The notes beneath the pieces were generated by a model. That model was not told where the DNA came from. It made no database searches and saw only the letters and a program-made list of their open reading frames with translations. The translations under genes were made by a program, and so were the position numbers. DNA of 34,715 nt from a virus (Duplodnaviria; Caudoviricetes), in the IMG/VR virus record IMGVR_UViG_3300042342_000098, positions 1 through 34,715 of that record; one strand, written 5' to 3'. This document shows positions 8,541 through 18,019 of the stretch, one piece after another (positions within the stretch are counted from its first letter, which is position 1; every line of letters starts with the position of its first letter).

Positions 8541-8566
8541 GGCGGGGGTCACAAGCCCCCGTTTTT
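8541..8566 (+). terminator. Rho-independent terminator
   Basis: GGCGGGGG-tcacaag-CCCCCGTT followed by further T residues. Confidence 0.7.
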
Positions 8567-8571
8567 AATTT

Positions 8572-8742
8572 ATGATTATTTATCTAAAACACCCTACGCA
8601 CGGCACAAAGATTGCATCAATGGAGGCGGAAGCAGAATTTGATGAAACAAACGGTTGGGTGCGGTACAATCCAAATACGCCTGAAGTTGCAGTAGCGGAG
8701 CCAATTAACACGCTAAAACGTCGTCGTAAAACTACGGAGTAA
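8572..8742 (+). CDS. Hypothetical 56-aa protein (absent from ORF track)
   Basis: Hand translation: MIIYLKHPTHGTKIASMEAEAEFDETNGWVRYNPNTPEVAVAEPINTLKRRRKTTE. Fills the gap and stops 2 nt before the next ATG. Confidence 0.7.
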   Translation: MIIYLKHPTHGTKIASMEAEAEFDETNGWVRYNPNTPEVAVAEPINTLKRRRKTTE

Positions 8743-8744
8743 AC

Positions 8745-9458
8745 ATGGCCACAACAGCCAGTGAGCAAATTAACAGCGCTTTGCGCTTACTTGGCGTGTT
8801 AGCCGAAGGTGAAACGCCGTCGGCAGCCACAGCGCAAGACGCACTTGCTGCGCTAAATCAGATGATTGATAGCTGGAACACTGAGCGTTTAGCCGTGTTT
8901 TCCACGCAAGATCAAGTCTTTTCTTGGCCGCCTGGTGCCATACAGCGCACACTTGGACCCACCGGTGACTTCGTAGGCGAACGCCCAATTTTGGTGGAAG
9001 ATTCTACATACTTCCGTGACCCTGCGTCAGGCATTTCCTACGGCCTTAAACTAATCAATCAGCAGCAATACAACGGTATTGCTGTCAAAACTGTGACCTC
9101 CACCTATCCACAGGTGATGTGGGTCAACATGGAATACCCAGACATTTTGATGACGGTGTACCCAGTACCCACCAAATTGCTAGAGTTCCACATTGTGTCG
9201 GTCAAACCGCTGACAACACCGGCTAATTTATCTACGGTCTTGGCGTTCCCACCAGGCTATTTGCGCGCCTTTAAATACAACTTGGCGTGTGAGATTGCAC
9301 CTGAGTTTGGTATGGAGCCGCCTCCAACTGTTGTTCGTATTGCGATGACTTCTAAGCGTAACTTGAAGCGCATCAACAATCCTGATGACATCATGTCGAT
9401 GCCTTACTCGATTGTTGCAACGCGTCAACGCTTTAACATCTTTGCCGGTAACTACTAA
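8745..9458 (+). CDS. Head-tail adaptor (P22 gp4-like, extended)
   Basis: INSALRLLGVLAEGETPS...DALAALNQMIDSW N-terminus and AFKYNLACEIAPEFG. GGAG RBS. Confidence 0.8.
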   Translation: MATTASEQINSALRLLGVLAEGETPSAATAQDALAALNQMIDSWNTERLAVFSTQDQVFSWPPGAIQRTLGPTGDFVGERPILVEDSTYFRDPASGISYGLKLINQQQYNGIAVKTVTSTYPQVMWVNMEYPDILMTVYPVPTKLLEFHIVSVKPLTTPANLSTVLAFPPGYLRAFKYNLACEIAPEFGMEPPPTVVRIAMTSKRNLKRINNPDDIMSMPYSIVATRQRFNIFAGNY

Positions 9459-10888
9459 TGAAGACGCCTATTTTAGGCTCCGCATACGTTACCCGCAGCG
9501 TCAATGCTGCGGATAACCGCATGGTTAACTTATTCCCTGAAGTTATCCCCGAAGGCGGCAAAGAGCCTGCGTTCTTGCAACGCGCACCTGGGTTGCGTCT
9601 TTTGGTTAACGTCGGCACAGGACCAATCCGTGGCGAGTGGGTCTTAGGTGATTATGCGTATGTAGTCTCTGCAAACGAGTTTTATCGTATTGATAAAAGT
9701 TACACGGTAAAGCTGTTGGGCAGCGTATCTGGTGAGGGTCCTGTCTCTATGTCAGACAACGGCACTCAAATATTTATCGCCTGCAACCCTGCGGGCTACA
9801 TATACAACGCACAAACTGAGGTGTTTGCTCAGATTAGCGATCCAGACTTCCCTGGTGCTGTTACCGTAGGCTATTTGGACGGCTACTTTGTATTTAACGA
9901 GCCAAACAGCCAGAAGGTTTGGGTCACTCAATTGCTAGATGGCACTTCGGTTGACCCTCTTGACTTTGCAAGCGCTGAAGGCTCCCCAGACGGTTTGGTG
10001 TCGCTTATTATCGACCACCGTGAGGCATGGCTGTTTGGCACAAACTCAGTTGAGGTTTGGTACAACGCAGGCGGTGTAGACTTCCCGCTTCAGCGCATCC
10101 AAGGTGCCTACAACGAGATTGGCTGTATTGCGCCATACTCTGTTGCCAAACTTGATAATGGCTTGTTTTGGCTAGGCGCTGACGCCCGTGGGCGAGGCAT
10201 TGTTTATCGTGCCGAAGGTTACACCGGAAAGCGTATTAGTACCCATGCTGTTGAATGGCAAATACAAAACTATAGCGATATGTCTGACGCTTTAGCGTAC
10301 ACCTACCAGCAAGATGGTCACGCTTTTTATGTGCTGATTTTCCCAACTGCAAACACCACTTGGGTGTACGACGTAGCGACTAACGCTTGGCATGAGCGGG
10401 CAAGTTGGTCTAATGGCGAATTTGAGCGCCACCGCAGCAATTGCCAGATGTCGTTCAATAACGAGATTATTGTTGGCGACTATGAGAACAGTAAGCTGTA
10501 CGCTTTTGACCTAGACGATTACTCTGATGATGACCAGATTCAAAAGTGGCTGCGCTCATGGCGCGCGCTTCCTACTGGTCAAAACAACCTAAAACGAACT
10601 GCCCAGCACAGTATGCAATTGGATTGTGAGACGGGTGTTGGGTTAAATGACGGTCAGGGTTCTGTCCCCCAAGCCATGCTTCGGTGGTCTGATGACGGTG
10701 GTCACACTTGGTCTAACGAGCATTGGAGTTCTATGGGCAAGATTGGTCAAAGCGGGCATCGCACGTTTTGGCGTCGCTTAGGCATGACCCAAAAGATTAG
10801 GGACAGAGTGTACGAAATATCAGGCACCGATCCGGTAAAGATTGCTATTCTTGGCGCAGAACTTATATTAAGCCCCACAAATGGCTGA
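9458..10888 (+). CDS. Tail hub / packaged DNA stabilisation protein (P22 gp10-like)
   Basis: 476 aa with LDGYFVF, FASAEGSPD, FGTNSVEVW, TWVYDVATNAWHER, WSDDGGHTWS and WRRLG. Confidence 0.88.
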   Translation: MKTPILGSAYVTRSVNAADNRMVNLFPEVIPEGGKEPAFLQRAPGLRLLVNVGTGPIRGEWVLGDYAYVVSANEFYRIDKSYTVKLLGSVSGEGPVSMSDNGTQIFIACNPAGYIYNAQTEVFAQISDPDFPGAVTVGYLDGYFVFNEPNSQKVWVTQLLDGTSVDPLDFASAEGSPDGLVSLIIDHREAWLFGTNSVEVWYNAGGVDFPLQRIQGAYNEIGCIAPYSVAKLDNGLFWLGADARGRGIVYRAEGYTGKRISTHAVEWQIQNYSDMSDALAYTYQQDGHAFYVLIFPTANTTWVYDVATNAWHERASWSNGEFERHRSNCQMSFNNEIIVGDYENSKLYAFDLDDYSDDDQIQKWLRSWRALPTGQNNLKRTAQHSMQLDCETGVGLNDGQGSVPQAMLRWSDDGGHTWSNEHWSSMGKIGQSGHRTFWRRLGMTQKIRDRVYEISGTDPVKIAILGAELILSPTNG

Positions 10889-13841
10889 TACCACAAATAT
10901 CCCATCGGCGAGAGTGCCGCTTATAGAAACCGACAGTTCTTTGGTGTCTAGGGAGTGGTACCGGTATTTCTTTAACCAATACAACTTGGTGTCTGGTTCA
11001 ACCACTACCCACAACACGTTAAGCGGGTTGCAGGGAGGCGCAACGGATCAGTACTACCATTTGACGGCGATAGAGTACACAGGCACAGGTTCAGGCGTCT
11101 TTGTGCGTCAGAACGGACCGACATTAGTCGCACCCAACCTCGGTACGCCGTCTGCAATTGATTTGACCAACGGAACTGGGCTACCCCTTACAACGGGCGT
11201 AACAGGCGTTTTGGCGGTCTCTAATGGCGGCACGGGTGCGTCAACTGCGTCAAGCGCCCGCGCAAACTTGTCGGCTGCTGTATTAGGCGCAAACAACGAC
11301 ATTACAAGTATGTCGGCTGTAACGGGTGCAATTGCTAGCCCTACATACGTTCAATTTAATACCACGCAAAGCCCGCTGCCAACTGACGCCACAGGTCGGC
11401 TGTACTACAACAACGAAGATCAATTCCAGACTTTTTCATTTCAAATGAATGGCAGTACTGTTCAGCACATCGGTGAAGAACAGTATTACAGAGTTAAATG
11501 CCAAGGAACCGTTACCAAAGGACAGGTGGTGTCTTTTGCAGGGACGCTTGGTGCATCTGGAGGCTTAATTGCCAAAGCTGCAACAGGCTTAACGGTTGAC
11601 CAATCAAACTACATTTTAGGAATTGCTGACGAGTCTGGCATTAACAACGATTGGATTTTTGTTAAGTCGTTTGGTGAAGTTAAAAACATCGACACGACAG
11701 GCGGCGCAGAAGCTTGGACGCAAGGCGAGGTTTTGTACTACAACCCTGCTGTCACAGGCGGCTTAACAAAAACCAAACCATCTGTACCAAACGCAATTGC
11801 GATTATGGCGGCTGTTGTTCATGTAGGTTCGTCTAACGGCATACTGTTTGTTCGTCCAACATTAGGTTCTGTTTTAGGTGGCACTGATGGCAACGTGCAA
11901 TTCAGTACGCTTAACAACCTAGACATCATTCAATACGACAGTGCTAACCAGTACTGGAAAAACGTATCGCCTTCGGTATTGACTGTATCAACAGCTACAA
12001 ATTTGGCGTCCGGCGCAGCAGGCAGCGTACCCTACCAAACAGGGTCGTCAACTACCACTTTTCTGCCAATTGGAACTGCAAGTCAATTTTTGCGTGTTAA
12101 CGCTGGCGCTACCGCTCCTGAGTGGGCAACAGGCGCTGCAATTTCCAAAACCGACGACACAAACGTAACGCTGACGTTGGGTGGAAGCGCAAGCACGGCG
12201 TTAGTTAATGCCGCATCGTTTACGCTAGGTTGGTCAGGTCAATTGTCTTCCGTTAGAGGTGGCACAGGGTATGGCAGCTACGCGGTTGGCGACATTTTGT
12301 ACGCTGACACTACAACGACGTTAGCCAAGCTATCTCCTGGAACGGTAGACTACGCACTGGTGTCTAACGGCGCAGGCGTGGCACCCTCGTACAAACAGAT
12401 TTCTTTAACCGCAGGCGTAACAGGCACCTTGCCTATTGCTAACGGCGGCACGAACGCTACAACGGCAACGGGTGCGCGTACCAACATCTTGCCCTCTTAC
12501 GCCACAAACGCAGGCAAGGTTTTGGCGGTCAATGTCGGTGAGACAGACGCAGAATGGATTTCTGTTGGCGGCGCCGGCACAGTCACTAGCGTAAGCGGTA
12601 CAGGCACGGTTAGTGGCATCAGTTTGTCGGGTACGGTCACAAGTGCCGGTAGTTTGACGCTAGGCGGCGCGCTTGACTTGTCTAGCCCACCCGCTATTGG
12701 TGGCACAACGCCATCAACGGGCAAATTCTCAAACCTTGAGTACACAGGCACATTTACTGGCGGTACGGGCGTAGTCAACATTGGCTCAGGTCAGATATAC
12801 AAAGATGCGTCTGGTTTTGTTGGTCTTGGTACTGCGTCGCCTGCAACTGACCTTGATGTGGTCGGTCCGGCTAGCGTGACGTCTTTTACCGGCACAACCA
12901 AGCTTGGCGTAGTTGTCCGTGGATCAACAGCTGCAACTGATTACAGCGGTATCGACTTTATTGGAAACAGTCAGACAAACCCCACAGCTAGAATTGCCGT
13001 AATTTCAACAGGCAGCGGTTCATCTTTGTCATTTGGAACGTCTAGTTCCTACGCTTCCGGCATTACTACTAATGCGATGACGCTTAACGATGATGGAATT
13101 GTTGGCGTAGGTACATCGGCCCCCAGCGACCCAGTTGGTTTTGGTCGTGCGGTTGATATTCAAGGTTCGCTTGGTGGTGCTGTATATCTTAGAGATGTTG
13201 ACGCACCATCTGTTTACACTTATCTTGGATTTATTGGTAGCAATAGCACAACTTACATTTGGTCGTTAGCAAACGGGCCAATTCTTTTTGGCACTAATGA
13301 TGCTGAACGTATGCGGATTGCGTCAGGAGGGGCAGTATCAATCGGTAAAACGGTAGACACCGTTACGGGTGCAGGAGTTGTTCTTGATCCATCTGGCTTA
13401 ATAAGAATTACTAGGGCTGGCACAACATCCTCCACACAAATACAGTTTGCTAATAACGGCGGAACGCAAGTTGGCACTATCACAACATCAGGTTCAGCTA
13501 CTGCGTACAACACGTCTTCAGATTACAGACTCAAAACAATTGACGGCAAAGTTTCCGGCGCAGAAGCTAAAGATTTTATTATGGCGCTTGAACCAGTAAA
13601 AGGCAACTGGAGGGCTGATGGCTCAAAGTTTGTTGGCTTCTTAGCGCACAAATTTCAAGAAATTAGCCCTTCTTCCGTAACTGGCAGAAAAGATGAAATT
13701 GACGAAGAAGGCAACCCGCTTTACCAAGGGATGCAGGCGGCTAGCCCAGAAGTCATGGCGAACCTAATTGCATTTGTTCAAGAGCAACAGGTTCTTATAC
13801 AATCTCTTACAGCACGTCTAGAAGTGTTGGAAAACAAATGA
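10881..13841 (+). CDS. Tail fibre/needle with C-terminal peptidase S74 intramolecular chaperone
   Basis: 986 aa, Gly/Thr/Ser-rich. GGTG repeats, VGLGTASP and ERMRIASGG fibre motifs, AYNTSSDYRLK cleavage motif, GFLAH, terminal coiled coil. Confidence 0.85.
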   Translation: MADTTNIPSARVPLIETDSSLVSREWYRYFFNQYNLVSGSTTTHNTLSGLQGGATDQYYHLTAIEYTGTGSGVFVRQNGPTLVAPNLGTPSAIDLTNGTGLPLTTGVTGVLAVSNGGTGASTASSARANLSAAVLGANNDITSMSAVTGAIASPTYVQFNTTQSPLPTDATGRLYYNNEDQFQTFSFQMNGSTVQHIGEEQYYRVKCQGTVTKGQVVSFAGTLGASGGLIAKAATGLTVDQSNYILGIADESGINNDWIFVKSFGEVKNIDTTGGAEAWTQGEVLYYNPAVTGGLTKTKPSVPNAIAIMAAVVHVGSSNGILFVRPTLGSVLGGTDGNVQFSTLNNLDIIQYDSANQYWKNVSPSVLTVSTATNLASGAAGSVPYQTGSSTTTFLPIGTASQFLRVNAGATAPEWATGAAISKTDDTNVTLTLGGSASTALVNAASFTLGWSGQLSSVRGGTGYGSYAVGDILYADTTTTLAKLSPGTVDYALVSNGAGVAPSYKQISLTAGVTGTLPIANGGTNATTATGARTNILPSYATNAGKVLAVNVGETDAEWISVGGAGTVTSVSGTGTVSGISLSGTVTSAGSLTLGGALDLSSPPAIGGTTPSTGKFSNLEYTGTFTGGTGVVNIGSGQIYKDASGFVGLGTASPATDLDVVGPASVTSFTGTTKLGVVVRGSTAATDYSGIDFIGNSQTNPTARIAVISTGSGSSLSFGTSSSYASGITTNAMTLNDDGIVGVGTSAPSDPVGFGRAVDIQGSLGGAVYLRDVDAPSVYTYLGFIGSNSTTYIWSLANGPILFGTNDAERMRIASGGAVSIGKTVDTVTGAGVVLDPSGLIRITRAGTTSSTQIQFANNGGTQVGTITTSGSATAYNTSSDYRLKTIDGKVSGAEAKDFIMALEPVKGNWRADGSKFVGFLAHKFQEISPSSVTGRKDEIDEEGNPLYQGMQAASPEVMANLIAFVQEQQVLIQSLTARLEVLENK
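11181..12491 (+). repeat. Two diverged ~30-aa repeats within the fibre (11181-11270 and 12401-12491)
   Basis: LPLTTGVTGVLAVSNGGTGASTASSARANL vs ISLTAGVTGTLPIANGGTNATTATGARTNIL. Confidence 0.7.
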
Positions 13842-13981
13842 AACGCAACATTAAACACATTGCTTTTATGCTTGAAAACAACACGTTAACAGAATATACT
13901 CGGACTAATAAAACAGCCCGATTTCCCTTTCGTATCGCTGGTGTACCAGCACAGAAGTGGCAAAACCAGGATAAATTATGA
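13838..13981 (+). CDS. Possible 47-aa ORF between the two receptor-binding genes
   Basis: MKRNIKHIAFMLENNTLTEYTRTNKTARFPFRIAGVPAQKWQNQDKL, with ATGA overlaps at both ends and no recognisable motif. Confidence 0.3.
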   Translation: MKRNIKHIAFMLENNTLTEYTRTNKTARFPFRIAGVPAQKWQNQDKL

Positions 13982-16329
13982 GCGTAAACCTTTCCTTATT
14001 AGCGGGCGCGGGCTGGCAGTTCTTTACGGACTCAGGCGCTGTCTTGACCGGTGGTAAGCTGTATACATACGCGGCCGGTACAACAACACCGCTTGCGTCG
14101 TATACATCTAGCACCGGCGCAACACCAAACGCCAACCCAATTATCTTGGACGCTGCTGGGCGCGTGCCAGAAGAGATTTGGCTTACAGAAGGTTTGCTCT
14201 ATAAGTTTGTATTGATGGACGCAAACGACGTACTGATTTGGACTAAAGACAACATTATTGGCGCCGCAGATTTGGTGGGGTTTGCCGCTGATTTGGCAAA
14301 CGCATCTGATCCAGCTAAAGGCGACGCCCTTGTTGGCTTTCGTCAGTCCAATAGCAGCGGCAATTTGACCGGATCGGTTAACAGCACCGTACACAAAAAA
14401 CTGCAAGAGATCATTAGTTTTAAAGATTTCGGCGCAGTTGGTGACGGTACAACCAACGACCAAGCTGCGATTCAAGCGGCGTTAACTGCTGCCAACGGTC
14501 AGATCATTGACGGTCAGAACCTGACGTACAAAATCAACGCACCTATTGCGCTTACCGCGTCTAACACGGTTATCAAGAACGCCACGTTTGACTTTTCAGA
14601 CATGGCAGACCAACCTAGTTCGCCCGATTTATGCCTTGTGGTTAGCGGGTCAATCGGTACGGCGGCTGCGCTTACTGTAACCACTAGCGTAGGTGCGGTC
14701 ACGATAACAGTCGCAAGCACAACAGGCTTTGCTGCTGACGACTTGGTGTTTTTAAAATCTAATGCTGTTTGGGATTCTGGCTCATCGGTCACATACGGTC
14801 AATACGCAAGAATTAACACTGTTATTTCTTCAACACAATTTTCTTTGACTGAAGGCGTAGCACTTAGATTTGCTACTACTGATTCCGCAACGGTTGCTAA
14901 AGTTACGCCAATTAAAAACGTCAAGTTTGACCATATGTCGTTTATCGGCGCAGACGCAAACTTGCAAGCCGGAATATATGTATCGTATGGCGAAAACGTC
15001 ACGGTATCTAACTGTCAATTTAACGGCTTTGATTACTCTGCCGTTTCTTTCTTTCGCTGCTATCAATCAACAATTGACGGCTGCCGACAGCTTAAATCAT
15101 CTGCCGCCGGATATTCTTATGCTTACGCTTTAATTGGCGGATGCTTTTCTTGCAGCGTATTGAACTCATGGGGCGAAGACAATCGCCACACCGTCACTAT
15201 TGGCGGCTCTAACGGCGTCAATATGTTTACCAAGGTCATTGGTTGCCACGCAACCGCGTCAAAAGACGCTGGCTTTGACTCGCACTCAGCCTCGCTTAAC
15301 ACCCTGTTTATGGGAAACCATGTAGTAAATTCAGCCGCGCGTCTTGGCGCTGGTTCGCATGACGGGATTATTAGCCAAGGGGCAAACACATCAATTATTG
15401 GTAACACTGTTATCAATCCTCTTGGCAGCGGGATTTTTTACCAACCTTTGTTTCAAAACGGTCAGTACTCCGGCGTTACTATTTCTGACAACACAGTCAT
15501 AATGGACACGGCAGGCGACGGATCAACGGGTTTAGGTATTTATGTTCAGTTAAATGCCACCACAGGTCCAACCGACCTCAATGGTGTAATCATTAAAAAC
15601 AATAATGTGTCCGGCGGTGATAGCAACGCAAGCGGTTCGTACGGTATCTATGTGCAAAACCTAAAAGCTAGCGGCGAATTAAACGGTTTGATTATTGAAG
15701 GCAACTACGTCAAGCTTGCAAATTCTGCAACGGCGTATCCTTTGTTTATTAGAACAAATGCTGCAAGCGCGGTTATCCGAGATATTGTTATTTCTAACAA
15801 CGTCTTAAAAGCAGATAATTTTGGTTACTCAATATATATCCTTGCGTCGATTGCCTCGTCATCCATATTAAATATTACTGGTTCAGGCAACGTCTTTGAC
15901 GCCGACACCTATGCAATTTTCTTGACAGCAACTGGTACGATTAACAAAATTAACCTTGGGCCAAACCATAACAGCGCACCAGGGTTGCTTAACAATACCG
16001 GCGCAACAAATGTGCTGCTTAGTGATAGAAACACTTACGGCGTATTGGCGGTCACGGCGGCTACGCACAATGACTTTGAAGAGTACGATTGGTATTTGTT
16101 TAATCGCGGCGCAGGCACGGTCACGGTAACATTGCCGGCAGCAGGCAATTCAAAGGGTCGCACGTTGCACTTTAAGACCATCAACCCTCAAGCAGTTGTA
16201 TCTGCGTCAAGCAACGTAGAGCCTCTTATCACCAACACCCCAGGCACAGCTATTTTGCCCGCCACCGACGGTGCGTGGGCTACGCTGTATTGCGATGGCA
16301 GTACTTGGATCATTATGGCTGGAGCCTAA
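13978..16329 (+). CDS. Tailspike, parallel beta-helix (pectate-lyase-like) depolymerase
   Basis: Virion-binding N-domain (GGKLYTYAAGTTTP, NPIILDAAGR), SFKDFGAVGDGTTNDQAAIQAAL, and many IIGN/ISDN/ISNN beta-helix rungs. Confidence 0.88.
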   Translation: MSVNLSLLAGAGWQFFTDSGAVLTGGKLYTYAAGTTTPLASYTSSTGATPNANPIILDAAGRVPEEIWLTEGLLYKFVLMDANDVLIWTKDNIIGAADLVGFAADLANASDPAKGDALVGFRQSNSSGNLTGSVNSTVHKKLQEIISFKDFGAVGDGTTNDQAAIQAALTAANGQIIDGQNLTYKINAPIALTASNTVIKNATFDFSDMADQPSSPDLCLVVSGSIGTAAALTVTTSVGAVTITVASTTGFAADDLVFLKSNAVWDSGSSVTYGQYARINTVISSTQFSLTEGVALRFATTDSATVAKVTPIKNVKFDHMSFIGADANLQAGIYVSYGENVTVSNCQFNGFDYSAVSFFRCYQSTIDGCRQLKSSAAGYSYAYALIGGCFSCSVLNSWGEDNRHTVTIGGSNGVNMFTKVIGCHATASKDAGFDSHSASLNTLFMGNHVVNSAARLGAGSHDGIISQGANTSIIGNTVINPLGSGIFYQPLFQNGQYSGVTISDNTVIMDTAGDGSTGLGIYVQLNATTGPTDLNGVIIKNNNVSGGDSNASGSYGIYVQNLKASGELNGLIIEGNYVKLANSATAYPLFIRTNAASAVIRDIVISNNVLKADNFGYSIYILASIASSSILNITGSGNVFDADTYAIFLTATGTINKINLGPNHNSAPGLLNNTGATNVLLSDRNTYGVLAVTAATHNDFEEYDWYLFNRGAGTVTVTLPAAGNSKGRTLHFKTINPQAVVSASSNVEPLITNTPGTAILPATDGAWATLYCDGSTWIIMAGA

Positions 16330-16330
16330 T

Positions 16331-16504
16331 ATGTTAGCAGACGCAGATTTTGAGATTGAGATTAACGGCGAGAAGATTCGTGATGCTGTCTATGTAGACA
16401 TCAATTCAGGGATTACCGTTCAGGAAGTGCTTGCGCTGCAACAAGCGCGGGCGCAGCAGATTTATGATGAGACGCACCCCCCAATAGAGCCTGAACCAAA
16501 ATGA
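16331..16504 (+). CDS. Hypothetical 57-aa acidic protein (possible tail chaperone)
   Basis: ATG 1 nt after the tailspike stop with GGAG upstream, and an ATGA overlap with the next gene. Confidence 0.6.
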   Translation: MLADADFEIEINGEKIRDAVYVDINSGITVQEVLALQQARAQQIYDETHPPIEPEPK

Positions 16505-16953
16505 ACATGACGGTTGCTTACTCTGGCATCTTGGCGGCTGACGATATGCGTTCGCAAGTCGAGGCGCTTCAAGAAGCGATGTCAAAGATGCCTCAGTATG
16601 AACCCCCTACTGAGCATTTTTTTCATGGCGGTATGTATTGCAGGCAAGTATGGCGCCCAGCAGGCTGCACAATTGTAGGTAAAGTGCATAAAAAAGAGCA
16701 TTTTTACGTTGTAGTGTCGGGTACAATTTGTGTGACGACAGACGACGGTGTGCAGACGATAACAGGACCTAAAATCTTGTTAAGCCGACCTGGTACCAAA
16801 CGCGCGGTGTATGCGGTGACTGATGCTCTTTGCATGACTTTCCATGTAGCAGAATCTACAACGGTTGAAGAAGCCGAAAATGAATTAGTTGAAGCCGATC
16901 CAAACAGTATGTTTACGATTGGCAACAAACTTAAAAACGAGGTATTGACATGA
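16501..16953 (+). CDS. Cupin-fold phage protein
   Basis: PAGCTIVGKVHKKEHFYVVVSG and SRPGTKRAVYA resemble cupin motifs 1 and 2. Confidence 0.7.
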   Translation: MNMTVAYSGILAADDMRSQVEALQEAMSKMPQYEPPTEHFFHGGMYCRQVWRPAGCTIVGKVHKKEHFYVVVSGTICVTTDDGVQTITGPKILLSRPGTKRAVYAVTDALCMTFHVAESTTVEEAENELVEADPNSMFTIGNKLKNEVLT

Positions 16954-18005
16954 CATTTACAGTCGCCGCAGTAATTGGAGGCGTTGCCACTCTAGCTGGT
17001 GCTGCCATGAGCGCAGACGCTTCTGGCAGAGCATCTAGAGTTCAAGCCGATGCGGCCAACCGTTCCACAGAACTCCAGCGCGAACAGTTTGAGCGCGGCG
17101 TTGAACTGCAAGAGCCGTTCCGTCAAGCGGGTATGCTTGGGCAAAACAGATTGATGACGTTGCTTGGTCTGGGCGGCGAAGCGCAATACGACGACACCGC
17201 GTACAACAAAGCACTCGCCAATTACAATTCTCAAATTGCTGCGATTGACCGATCTAAGTACATGAGAGGCGGCACGGGTGGTGGGATGGTATCTACCGGC
17301 GGTGGCGAAGGCATGGAGTATTATCAAGAAGGCACTGGCGGTACGTTTGACCAAGCTGCGTATGACGCTGATGTAGCAAGAATTAAGGCGCCTACCAGAG
17401 ATCAGTTTAGATTGGCTGGCGGTAATGTTAAAGACCCGATGTTTGGTAAATACGCCACGGCTGAGTACACGCCTGAAATGTTTGCCAAGGGCATGGACCC
17501 AGGCTATCAATTCCGCTTAAAAGAAGGAATGAGAGGACTTGAGAGCAGCGCAGCAGCCCGTGGCGGTTTGCTGTCTGGTGGTACGCTAAAAGGTATCCAG
17601 CGCTACGGTCAGGACATGGCGTCGCAAGAGTTTACTAACGCTTTCAATCGTTACCAAGCCGAGCGTTCAGGTACGCTAAACCCATTTCAGAGCATGGCAG
17701 GCATGGGTCAATCTGTTGCCAATCAAGTTGGCAATATGGGGATGAACTACGCTAACCAAGCGGGCGAGACGATGCAGAACGCAGCTAATGCGCGCGCTTC
17801 AGGATACATTGGGCAAGCTAATGCAGTTACCGGTGCCATTGGTAATATCTCGAATCAGTATTATCAAAATCAATTGATGAACCGAGTGTTCCCTGCCCAA
17901 CAAAATGCCGCGCTTGTTAATCAATACGGTTACGGTAATGTGTTTACACCTAGTGGCAGCGGTAGTATTGGCTCTTATTCGCCTTATCAAAGCCCATATC
18001 AGTAA
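16950..18005 (+). CDS. DNA ejection (pilot) protein 1, gp7-like position
   Basis: Hydrophobic Gly/Ala N-terminus, Q/A/G-rich body, DPGYQFRLKEG and SAAARGGLLSG motifs. GAGG RBS. Confidence 0.75.
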   Translation: MTFTVAAVIGGVATLAGAAMSADASGRASRVQADAANRSTELQREQFERGVELQEPFRQAGMLGQNRLMTLLGLGGEAQYDDTAYNKALANYNSQIAAIDRSKYMRGGTGGGMVSTGGGEGMEYYQEGTGGTFDQAAYDADVARIKAPTRDQFRLAGGNVKDPMFGKYATAEYTPEMFAKGMDPGYQFRLKEGMRGLESSAAARGGLLSGGTLKGIQRYGQDMASQEFTNAFNRYQAERSGTLNPFQSMAGMGQSVANQVGNMGMNYANQAGETMQNAANARASGYIGQANAVTGAIGNISNQYYQNQLMNRVFPAQQNAALVNQYGYGNVFTPSGSGSIGSYSPYQSPYQ

Positions 18006-18019
18006 TGTAAGGATAGATT

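Noticed and set aside
10881-16329. Diversity-generating retroelement acting on tail genes
   Set aside because: No reverse transcriptase and no near-identical TR/VR pair. The fibre repeats are diverged at many non-adenine positions.
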